Origin: a virus
Lineage: Duplodnaviria; Caudoviricetes
Length of the DNA: 64,000 nt
Virus record (IMG/VR): IMGVR_UViG_2842063143_000003
Location: 1,570-65,569 of that record
Direction: 5' to 3' (one strand)
Shown here piece after piece: positions 1-7,281 of the stretch. Each line of letters opens with the position of its first letter. Positions within the stretch are counted from its first letter, which is position 1. The position numbers were made by a program, and so were the translations under genes. Under the pieces are notes generated by a model. The model searched no databases. It saw only the letters and a program-made list of their open reading frames with translations, and was not told where the DNA came from.

Positions 1-74
1 ACCGCTGGACTGAGGCCGGCCAAGCCCAATTCGCGAAGAGCGCTCATCCCGCCCCAGTCGAGGAGACCTGAGCC

Positions 75-374
75 ATGAAGATCGCGCTCTATATCGAAGA
101 CGGCTTGGAGCAGGTCGTGCTCACGCCGGAGAGCGATACCGAGAAGGGTATTCTCGGCAAGATGCATGACGGCTCACGCGAGATGAGCATCATGCGGGGG
201 TCGTTCTATGCCTGCCGAGGCGGTTGGGTTCGGCACTCCACCGTCTACCACGATCCCTACGGCGGCTCATCCGCGAAGGATGACGAAAGCACCATCGTCG
301 TGCTCCGGCCGGCGAAGCCCCCGGTGTTGGAGACCGCCCCTCCCGCCCCCTCACAGACAGACGGAGACGCGTGA
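75..374 (+). CDS. Hypothetical phage protein
   Basis: AGGAG RBS at 61-65, 99-aa ORF, stop overlaps next start. Confidence 0.75.
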   Translation: MKIALYIEDGLEQVVLTPESDTEKGILGKMHDGSREMSIMRGSFYACRGGWVRHSTVYHDPYGGSSAKDDESTIVVLRPAKPPVLETAPPAPSQTDGDA

Positions 375-541
375 TGCGGGATTTCCTCCAGTCGGTCGGG
401 GTAACGTGCGCCGGCTTGGCCGTACTCTCGGGCATCGACCACGTGTTCGGGAAGCCCTGCGCGCTGTTGATCGCGGTCGCGGGGCTGGCCTTCTCACTGC
501 GCGCGCTCCTGCGTGGCCCCTCCCCCACCCCGGAGCCCTGA
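374..541 (+). CDS. Small membrane protein (55 aa)
   Basis: TGATG coupling; two hydrophobic segments (MRDFLQSVGVTCAGLAVLSG...LLIAVAGLAFSLRALL). Confidence 0.6.
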   Translation: MRDFLQSVGVTCAGLAVLSGIDHVFGKPCALLIAVAGLAFSLRALLRGPSPTPEP

Positions 542-542
542 C

Positions 543-782
543 ATGCCCACCGATACACCATCTACCGCAGCAGAGGGGCGGGGCGGGAAGCTGACGGATC
601 CACAGTGGTGCATGCTGCACGAAGCCGCCATCCGGCCTCAACGCGTCGTGCGAGGCTACAAGCCTGCTGAAAAGCTGGCGGCGCTCGGGCTTGTCGAGAT
701 CGCGATCACGGATGCACCCTACCCTTGGATCGTTAAAGCCACGCCCGCCGGCCGCGAGGCCCTGTCCAGGGAGAAGGCCTGA
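543..782 (+). CDS. Small winged-helix-like protein
   Basis: KLAALGLVE...ATPAGREAL signature typical of wHTH wings; coupled to neighbours. Confidence 0.6.
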   Translation: MPTDTPSTAAEGRGGKLTDPQWCMLHEAAIRPQRVVRGYKPAEKLAALGLVEIAITDAPYPWIVKATPAGREALSREKA

Positions 783-1066
783 TGACGAACCAGCCGTCCT
801 TTGATCCGCTCAACCCAACGACGGAGGAGAGCGACGACATGCTCGCCGGCTACCTTGCGTCGGCTGGAGATGGGAAGATGCCTGATCTGGCGAGTATTGC
901 CTACGAGCACGGCTATCGCATGGGGCGAAACGATCGGGCTGGCATCGCCGATGAAGACCAGCGCGAACTGGCGCGCCGTGCCGCCGAGATCCGCCGGGAT
1001 GCCGACGAACGTCGGAAGCGGCTGCAGGCTGGGCTGCACAGGCCAACCGCTCGGTTCAAGCCATAG
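782..1066 (+). CDS. Hypothetical protein, paralog of 4962-5198
   Basis: FDPLN...GYLA...PD.AS.A.EHG.RM.RND.AG.AD shared with 4962-5198. Confidence 0.75.
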   Translation: MTNQPSFDPLNPTTEESDDMLAGYLASAGDGKMPDLASIAYEHGYRMGRNDRAGIADEDQRELARRAAEIRRDADERRKRLQAGLHRPTARFKP

Positions 1067-1236
1067 CCACGCCCGACACCGACCCCATCCTAGAAGCCGT
1101 CGCCGCCCTTCGCTCAGATGGCGTCGAGGTCGAGCCGATCGGGGAGGAGTTGGACAGATGGCGCGTCGGCGATTTCGAACTGAGCGACGCCGACCTGTGG
1201 CGCCTGGCCGCGAGCCGGGGGCTGGTGGAGGAGTGA
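1063..1236 (+). pseudogene. Small ORF lacking a canonical start (ATA)
   Basis: Open frame (I)ATPDTDPILEAVAALRSDGVEVEPIGEELDRWRVGDFELSDADLWRLAASRGLVEE* with coding-like codons; begins ATA overlapping upstream TAG. Confidence 0.45.
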
Positions 1237-1454
1237 GGGGAGGTAAAGACGATGTCTAGTGGAGCAGTCGCTGCCGTGATCGGCATGTTAGTTGTGCCCG
1301 CCGGGTTGGCTGGTAGCTTGGCCTTCACGAGCATGAGCAACATGCGCGTGAACGAGAAGCAGGGTCAGGTAATCGCCAGCCAGAGCGACGCCATGACGGC
1401 GCAGGAACGCGCCATTGCTTCGCTGAAATCTCAGATAGCAGCGCAAGAAAATCA

Positions 1455-1476
1455 GGGTATGCGACATTCGAGGTTG
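1455..1476 (+). repeat. Left terminal inverted repeat of ISL3 element
   Basis: Begins GGG immediately after TSD; 17/22 match to reverse complement of 4523-4544. Confidence 0.88.
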
Positions 1477-1495
1477 CTGAGCCCATAGCCGTCCA

Positions 1496-1888
1496 TCAGG
1501 TCGATTGTGGCTTTGGGGGTTGATGGTCGGCATTTGTGGGCAGTTCATCCAGAAGGCTGGCAGCCGCCTCGTAGGCCGCCTCTTGGTCGTCGGTGAGGAT
1601 GGTATCTGTGCCTTCCAAAGAAGCCACGAGCCGTTGCAAGGCTGCTTCGGCCGCCTCCGCCCGGTTAAGAGCTAACCGGCGACCTAAGCACTCTTCATAG
1701 AACTCTGTCGCGTCCACGAGGGTGTCGAATTCCGTCTCATCATTCGGAGTTGGCGGTAGGCGATCAGCAAGGTGCCGTACCAGATCCTCAAGACTCTCTA
1801 CGGAGAGCGCTGGGGTAGTGGGGCAGTCGCCTTCGCTGGCGCGCTGACGAACTTGAGCAATCTGCGCATCCGCAATCATCGGGTGCAT
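1496..1888 (-). CDS. Passenger hypothetical protein (130 aa, acidic, helical)
   Basis: AAGGAG RBS upstream of ATG 1888; ORF ends just inside the left end. Confidence 0.7.
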   Translation of the reverse strand: MHPMIADAQIAQVRQRASEGDCPTTPALSVESLEDLVRHLADRLPPTPNDETEFDTLVDATEFYEECLGRRLALNRAEAAEAALQRLVASLEGTDTILTDDQEAAYEAAASLLDELPTNADHQPPKPQST

Positions 1889-1912
1889 GATCGTTATCTC
1901 CTTCAACAGCGT

Positions 1913-2125
1913 CTACGGAGCTTCGGATGCCTCTGCGCCGATGCCCGCCTCGGCTACGAGGGTCGGGCAACCCTCGCCCCAGCATGTGTGAGAAGTCAGC
2001 GGCAAGGGGCAGTCCGCGAAGCACTCGCGACACCACTCGCCGGTCAAGTGATCGCACATGAGATATGCGTTCGATACGTCCGCGTGACAGTAATCGCAGA
2101 GTATCTTACCATTAGGATGACGCAT
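1913..2125 (-). CDS. Passenger Cys-rich small protein (70 aa, putative Zn-binding)
   Basis: GAGGAG RBS; CDYC, CDH, CREC..C, HTC...C motifs. Confidence 0.7.
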   Translation of the reverse strand: MRHPNGKILCDYCHADVSNAYLMCDHLTGEWCRECFADCPLPLTSHTCWGEGCPTLVAEAGIGAEASEAP

Positions 2126-2126
2126 A

Positions 2127-2927
2127 TCAGTTCTCCTCGGACGGGCACGTACTTGAAGAAGATATCTGATTGTATAGACCGACCCAAAATGGTTGATTGT
2201 CTCGGGTATCTGCTGAATTGACGACCACAAACGCCGTCCTTTCGGACTCTCCTCGGCTGTCAAGCCATGCTCCGGGTAGGTCTTCTCGCTGGGGGAGACG
2301 CCCGAACAGGGGGATACCATAAGCTGTCGATGGCCGACTGGTGTAATCGCGATAGCAGCCTGCGCGCTGCCAATCCGTTGATAGCCTCAGATGCACTTCA
2401 ATGATTTGACCGCCAATCAATTCGGCATTCAACGGTCCCGCATAGTCGGGAAGATACGCCTTGCACCACGATCTGATTGTTGAAAGCTCCGGCTCAACCG
2501 CCTGACTGTGCAAAGCCCATAGGTCAAAACGCCCGAACTTGTCGGACGGGAAGCCGGTAGCCTGCGCCGACCACATTACTTCCCCACGATCAACCAGCAA
2601 ATCCGTTGAGACGTGGCGTCCCTCAAGCGGCGCGGCCCACATCATGCCGGGTGCGTAGATCAAGTCCTCTACTGCACTCACACGCCGCGCGCCGATGCCC
2701 ATGCCGTACAGATTAGTGATCGGCTTCACGATGACCGGAAAATGGCTCGGCGTCACTCCAAGTGGCGCGTGAGCATACGCCTGCGTGTCAGCTACCAGCA
2801 GACGGTCATAGACCCAGCGATGCTTCGGGTTGGCTAACCACGCATCGGCATCTTCCATCTCGGCGAGCCATTCCGCTGGATATGGCGCTCGCTGCATACC
2901 CTCTTGCCGCTGCTTGTGAGTGCTCAT
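2127..2927 (-). CDS. Passenger ATP-grasp-fold-like protein
   Basis: FPVIVKPITNLYGMGIG, LEGRHVSTD, GPLNAELIGGQIIEVHLR resemble ATP-grasp KP/Gly-loop and ExNxR-position motifs. Confidence 0.65.
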   Translation of the reverse strand: MSTHKQRQEGMQRAPYPAEWLAEMEDADAWLANPKHRWVYDRLLVADTQAYAHAPLGVTPSHFPVIVKPITNLYGMGIGARRVSAVEDLIYAPGMMWAAPLEGRHVSTDLLVDRGEVMWSAQATGFPSDKFGRFDLWALHSQAVEPELSTIRSWCKAYLPDYAGPLNAELIGGQIIEVHLRLSTDWQRAGCYRDYTSRPSTAYGIPLFGRLPQREDLPGAWLDSRGESERTAFVVVNSADTRDNQPFWVGLYNQISSSSTCPSEEN

Positions 2928-2939
2928 CCGCGTCCCAAT

Positions 2940-3039
2940 GCGATATCTGATTGAAACCTAATCCGACATCGGATACGGGTCAACAAGCGATATCTGATTG
3001 GGGGCGGTTTTGACTCGAAATCCGATATCGGTCACAACC
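2940..3039. promoter_or_regulatory. Divergent promoter/operator region of the transposon
   Basis: Leftward TTGACC-N17-TAGGTT; rightward TTGACT at 3010; direct repeats GCGATATCTGATTG 2940-2953 and 2987-3000; palindromes ATCCGACATCGGAT 2961-2974 and CCGATATCGG 3022-3031. Confidence 0.7.
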
Positions 3040-3231
3040 GTGGCCGTGCCGAAGAACAAGCTCGAAGACAAGACATTGGTCCGCTTCAAGGCGGGGGTGC
3101 TCGATCGCATTGATGCTGTGGCGGGCAAGTTCCGCCGCGCCGTGTTCATCCGCGAAGCCGTCGAGGATGCCTTGTCGAAGGTTGAGAAACGGAAGCTTCG
3201 CAAAGGGGCTGCCGATGGGGAGCAGCCTTGA
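3040..3231 (+). CDS. Ribbon-helix-helix (CopG/Arc-like) regulator
   Basis: KTLVRF strand, GVLDRIDAVA helix, RAVFIREAVEDAL helix; overlaps transposase start. Confidence 0.75.
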   Translation: MAVPKNKLEDKTLVRFKAGVLDRIDAVAGKFRRAVFIREAVEDALSKVEKRKLRKGAADGEQP

Positions 3232-4514
3232 GCGATCTGCTTCGCCTGAAGCACCTGGAGCACGTCACCGACTACGAAGAGGGCGACGACCTGATCATCA
3301 AGGCGAGGAGCAAGCGTCCGTCGCCGGAGCGCCAGTGCTGCCTGCTGGTCAACTTCGTCAAGAACGGCCGGAAGACCATGCGCTTCCGCGACGAGCCCAA
3401 CCGGCGGCAGACCGTGTTCATCGAGATCGACCGTCAGCGGTTCAAGTGCAAGGAATGCGGCAAGCCGATGTACGAGGGCCTGCCCGACATCGACACCCGC
3501 CACGACATGACCAAAAAGCTGCTCCGCCGCATCCAGAAGGATGCGATTGAGTGGCCGTTCAATCAAGCGGCGCAGGTCAACGGCGTAGATGCCAAGCAAG
3601 TCGAGCGGATCTTCAAGGACTACGCCGCGAAGAAGCTGAAGGGCTATGTGCCGTCCATGCCCCGCGTGCTGGGCATGGACGAGAAGTACATCCAGAAGAA
3701 GGCCCGCTTCATCATCGGCGACATCGAGCGGGGCGACATGCTGGACATGCAGCCATCCCGGCGCGTGCTGGATCTGAACCGCTACTTCGGCAGCATGCCC
3801 GGCAGAGACAATGTTGAGGTGGTCTGCCAGGACATGTGGCGGGACTACCGCGAGATCACCAAGCGGCTGTTCAAGAACGCCACCGTCGTGATCGATAAGT
3901 ACCACGTCCAACGGACTTCGAACCGCGGCGTGGAGGCGATCCGGCGCCTGTTCCAGCAGGACGTGTCAAAGTCTGAGCGCATCCATCTCAAGAACAAGCA
4001 GAAGGTCTTCCTCGCCCGCTGGGAGACCGCGAAGCCCTTCACCCGCAATCAACTGACCGCCCTGTTCACCTTCTTCCCGGAACTTAAGCACGCCTACGAG
4101 TGGAAGGAAGCCTACTACGAGATCTATGATGCGACCTCGAAAGCCGAGGCGAACGAGCGCATGGATCAGTGGCTGCGGGATCTGCCACCTGTCTACCGCC
4201 GCTCGTTCAAGCCGAGCATCGACGCCCTCAATAACTGGCGGCCGTGGATCTTGAACTACTGGGATCACCTCCAGACCAATGCCTACGTCGAGAGCTTGAA
4301 CAATCTCATCGGCCGGATGAACATGCAGGGGGTTGGCTACGACCTCGAAACGCTGCGGGCGAAGGCGCTACTGAAACACGGCAGGATCGGCGAGGAGATC
4401 CGGCTCGGGATCACCCGCGAGGGCCACGGTCATGGCGCTCTGCGCACCCGCCGGATCATCATGGGCGTGCCGCTATCAACCCTGGAAGCCGATTTGGCAG
4501 CGGGTACGTTCTGA
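3228..4514 (+). CDS. ISL3-family DDE transposase
   Basis: Zn-finger QRFKCKECG, RVLGMDE, VVCQDMW..YR, VIDKYHV, TNAYVESLNNLI motifs. Confidence 0.93.
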   Translation: MSDLLRLKHLEHVTDYEEGDDLIIKARSKRPSPERQCCLLVNFVKNGRKTMRFRDEPNRRQTVFIEIDRQRFKCKECGKPMYEGLPDIDTRHDMTKKLLRRIQKDAIEWPFNQAAQVNGVDAKQVERIFKDYAAKKLKGYVPSMPRVLGMDEKYIQKKARFIIGDIERGDMLDMQPSRRVLDLNRYFGSMPGRDNVEVVCQDMWRDYREITKRLFKNATVVIDKYHVQRTSNRGVEAIRRLFQQDVSKSERIHLKNKQKVFLARWETAKPFTRNQLTALFTFFPELKHAYEWKEAYYEIYDATSKAEANERMDQWLRDLPPVYRRSFKPSIDALNNWRPWILNYWDHLQTNAYVESLNNLIGRMNMQGVGYDLETLRAKALLKHGRIGEEIRLGITREGHGHGALRTRRIIMGVPLSTLEADLAAGTF

Positions 4515-4522
4515 GGCCATTT

Positions 4523-4544
4523 CAACCTCCAATGACGTTAACCC
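4523..4544 (-). repeat. Right terminal inverted repeat of ISL3 element
   Basis: Ends CCC immediately before second TSD copy. Confidence 0.88.
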
Positions 4545-4729
4545 GAAAATCAAATAGCGGCGCAAGAGCGCGAACTGAGAGCGCATCGCACCCTTGACGA
4601 GCAGCATCGCAGCCTGATCGCGACTTATCGCGAGGCCGTTGCGCTGCGGGACAAGGCGTTAGGGCTGGCGGCAAAATAGGCCAGACGGGCCCCCTAGCCG
4701 AGGCCGATCCGGCAGGCTAGCTCCGCCCC

Positions 4730-4960
4730 ATGCCGCCCCCTCGCCCGCCCCAGCTCCACGTCACAGCACTCCGAGCCTGCGGCCACCACGCCGGGAACGG
4801 CATGCGAGCCTCGGCCCACCGGAAGACGATGTTGGCCCTCGCCGAACTAGGTCTCGTCGAGGAGCGGACGCGGATCGGGCAGCGCGAGGCGCGGTGGTTT
4901 CTGACGCAGGCCGGGAAGGATCTGCTGGAGCAGATCGGGATGGGAGATGCTGGGGATTGA
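4730..4960 (+). CDS. Small winged-helix-like protein
   Basis: LAELGLVEE...WFLTQAGKDLL; analogous to 543-782. Confidence 0.6.
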   Translation: MPPPRPPQLHVTALRACGHHAGNGMRASAHRKTMLALAELGLVEERTRIGQREARWFLTQAGKDLLEQIGMGDAGD

Positions 4961-4961
4961 G

Positions 4962-5198
4962 ATGATGCATGGGAACAATGCGCCAGACTTTGACCCTCTG
5001 AACGCAACGGCCGATGAGGAGACCAGCATGATGCGGGGTTATCTCGCGGCCGGGATCGCGCCCCGTGGAGCGGCCTGTCCAGACACGGCATCGGTTGCGT
5101 TCGAGCACGGTTGGCGGATGCGTCGTAACGACCAAGCTGGCGTTGCCGATGATGACCACCGCGAGATAGCGCGAAAGCTAAGCTGTAAGCGGGCATAA
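4962..5198 (+). CDS. Hypothetical protein, paralog of 782-1066
   Basis: Shared motif series with 782-1066. Confidence 0.7.
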   Translation: MMHGNNAPDFDPLNATADEETSMMRGYLAAGIAPRGAACPDTASVAFEHGWRMRRNDQAGVADDDHREIARKLSCKRA

Positions 5199-5231
5199 AA
5201 AATCCCGCTCCGGCGCTGAGCCGGGCGGGTT
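5198..5231 (-). terminator. Rho-independent terminator of the late/lysis operon
   Basis: Minus strand CCCGCCCGGCTCAGCGCCGGAGCGGG followed by ATTTTTT, between convergent genes. Confidence 0.8.
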
Positions 5232-5261
5232 GGGTAGAACGACAGCGATGTGAGGTGAGGT

Positions 5262-5828
5262 TCAGGCGTGAGGCTGGACCTGCATGACCGCGGCATGGTT
5301 GTCGTACAGGTGCAGCTTCAGCCATTCCACAAGAGGCCGAACGTCAGGCCGGACCACGACGAGCAGGTAGCCGAGGATCAGCGTCAGCCCCAGCGCGATG
5401 AACACCCGCTCCCATCTGGTTCGCGGTGGAACCCTGTCGGTGTCCTTCGGCGCGATCAGCGAGAAGAAGCAGCCCAAGGAGATGAGCCAGAGCCAGAAGC
5501 CATTTATATCGCTCAGGACCATCCAGGTCGGGAAGCCGGCGGCACGCCACAGCAGGAGCCAGATAGCGCTGCCGAGGACGCCGCTCAGGAACAGAACCTG
5601 TCCTAGGATGCTCTGCTGCGCCTCGACCGGCGAGGGCTCTCGGATGATGGTTCGGAACGCCGGAAACCACGACAGGATCGCGGTCGCGCTGAACACGATC
5701 ATGCCGACCCGGAGCCATTCGGTTTGGGCGTTCGTGGGAAGGAAGGGAGCGACGGCCCAGTAGCCCAGAGCGAGAGAAAGGCCGATCCAGAGCGTCACGC
5801 TACGGCGAAAACGAGCGGCAAAGGTCAC
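5262..5828 (-). CDS. Multi-pass membrane protein (lysis-region)
   Basis: About 5 hydrophobic segments; coupled to upstream gene. Confidence 0.75.
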   Translation of the reverse strand: MTFAARFRRSVTLWIGLSLALGYWAVAPFLPTNAQTEWLRVGMIVFSATAILSWFPAFRTIIREPSPVEAQQSILGQVLFLSGVLGSAIWLLLWRAAGFPTWMVLSDINGFWLWLISLGCFFSLIAPKDTDRVPPRTRWERVFIALGLTLILGYLLVVVRPDVRPLVEWLKLHLYDNHAAVMQVQPHA

Positions 5829-6085
5829 TGGGTACGCTCCAACAGTTTCAAAGCTTCGCGGGCAGCGCTGATGCGTGGATCAGGAGGCTTCCGAGTGGAA
5901 ACGCGCTGCTTGGCTTTTGCGGTCGTCTCCTCAATGCTGGCGCGGTTGCCGTCAGCCACGAGCTTGACGACCTCGGCAGATGCTTTGAACTTCTGCTGAG
6001 CCTGGATGGTCTCTGCAATCGTCACAGAAGGGTCAGGGCGGTGGCCTGGCGGGATGAACCACCGCATGACCTGTTGCCAGTTCAT
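5825..6085 (-). CDS. Hypothetical protein
   Basis: Translationally coupled 86-aa ORF. Confidence 0.7.
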   Translation of the reverse strand: MNWQQVMRWFIPPGHRPDPSVTIAETIQAQQKFKASAEVVKLVADGNRASIEETTAKAKQRVSTRKPPDPRISAAREALKLLERTQ

Positions 6086-6540
6086 CCGTCTCTCCGTCGA
6101 CCGCGCAGGATTTCAGCGATGGATGCGATGCTCATTCCGTTGTTAGCGATGCTGTGCCTCGTCTCTTGAGCGCTCTTCTCGATCTCGTGGCCGAGTTCCT
6201 CCAGCGCGTGCCGGGTGGCCTCCATGACGGACTTGAAGCCATCGATGGCACTGGCGTTGGTTGCGGCAGCGGTCTTGGATCCCTCCATGACCACGACGAC
6301 GCTTTTCAGAAGCTCGACCAGCTCCTTTTCCCGCTCTCGGCCCTCCTTGTAGAGGAAGCGGATCACGATCCCGCCGATGCCGATCGCGATCAGCAGGAAG
6401 ACGACGACGGCGCCGAGGACGCCCCTGTCAAAGAATTGGTCGAAGCCCTTTGTGACGGCTTCCTCAATGACCCCGACGCCCAGAGGCAGCGCCGTTAAGG
6501 TATCAGGAGGGATGGCTGCAGCGAGTAGCAGGTGCTCCAT
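6082..6540 (-). CDS. Single-TM coiled-coil membrane protein (holin/antiholin-like)
   Basis: GVLGAVVVFLLIAIGIGGIVIRFL TM followed by charged helical tail, in lysis cassette. Confidence 0.6.
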   Translation of the reverse strand: MEHLLLAAAIPPDTLTALPLGVGVIEEAVTKGFDQFFDRGVLGAVVVFLLIAIGIGGIVIRFLYKEGREREKELVELLKSVVVVMEGSKTAAATNASAIDGFKSVMEATRHALEELGHEIEKSAQETRHSIANNGMSIASIAEILRGRRRDG

Positions 6541-6703
6541 CGTTTAGGCTTGCCGTACAGGGGGGGAGTGACACAGGTTGCACACAGCCATCGCTAGCGC
6601 GGTCCTTTCGCGTTGGTGGTGGTCAGGGGGCGATCGTCGGCCGCCAAGCAAGGCGATCGACCCCCGCTGCATCGCCTTTGGCCGGGCGACGGCGGCTGAT
6701 AGT

Positions 6704-7030
6704 TCAGCGGGCGGTGACGCCAGGAATGCGCGACGCCTCGGTCAGCGAGCCGACTACGTTGGCGTCGGGGATCTCGTCGGCCGTCTTCGGCTTGGTGATC
6801 ACCGCATCGACCTGCGGGAGAGCCGCAGCGTTTTGAATGATGCCGTGTGGCCGGTTCGACCACAGGCCCCAAGCGAGGGTCGCAGCCGCGCCGAAGGCTG
6901 CCACGAAGGCCAGCGTCTCCGGTCCGGCGATGTAGGCCTGGGTTTCTTGGCTGATGACGCCACGGCTGGCGAGAACACCGGCGGCAAGGGTCAGCACCCA
7001 GCGGATAGCGGATAGGGTCTGCGGGGTCAT
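6704..7030 (-). CDS. Putative holin
   Basis: Two TM segments (IRWVLTLAAGVLASRG; LAFVAAFGAAATLAWGLW); downstream of endolysin. Confidence 0.65.
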   Translation of the reverse strand: MTPQTLSAIRWVLTLAAGVLASRGVISQETQAYIAGPETLAFVAAFGAAATLAWGLWSNRPHGIIQNAAALPQVDAVITKPKTADEIPDANVVGSLTEASRIPGVTAR

Positions 7031-7039
7031 GGGCGGTCC

Positions 7040-7273
7040 TCAACCAAGGCGTGGGGCTAGCTTCGCCCACAAATCATCAGGGATGCTGTCGAAATCAGCT
7101 TTGCTAAATTCCACGGGATGAGCCGGGCTCACGCTCTGCAGCTTGGCGACGAGCGTCGGAGGCAAGCGCTTCAACGCCGCCTGAACCTCTGGCAGACCGA
7201 GGCCGATGCGGATCTTCGCGCTGTCCCAGAACGAGGTTCGATAGGGCAACTCGATGGTGTATTTGCGAGCCAT
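7040..7273 (-). CDS. Hypothetical protein
   Basis: 77-aa ORF in operon. Confidence 0.6.
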   Translation of the reverse strand: MARKYTIELPYRTSFWDSAKIRIGLGLPEVQAALKRLPPTLVAKLQSVSPAHPVEFSKADFDSIPDDLWAKLAPRLG

Positions 7274-7281
7274 GGCCGATC

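Larger units (their letters stand above)
1455..4544. mobile_element. ISL3-family transposon carrying passenger genes (3,090 bp)
   Basis: 8-bp TSD GAAAATCA at 1447-1454 and 4545-4552; IRs GGGTATGCGACATTCGAGGTTG vs GGGTTAACGTCATTGGAGGTTG (17/22); ISL3-type transposase inside. Confidence 0.92.
1252..4679 (+). pseudogene. TM + coiled-coil protein gene split by ISL3 insertion (1252-1454 + 4553-4679; 109 aa when rejoined)
   Basis: Removing 1455-4552 restores ...SQIAAQENQIAAQERELRAHRTLDEQHRSLIATYREAVALRDKALGLAAK* in frame. Confidence 0.85.

Noticed and set aside
396-407. TCGGGGTAACGT resembling the IS right end
   Set aside because: Short match inside a coding region with no TSD; the true left end at 1455 has both IR and TSD
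2958-3911. 317-aa minus-strand ORF
   Set aside because: Antisense shadow of the transposase/RHH genes, typical of high-GC DNA
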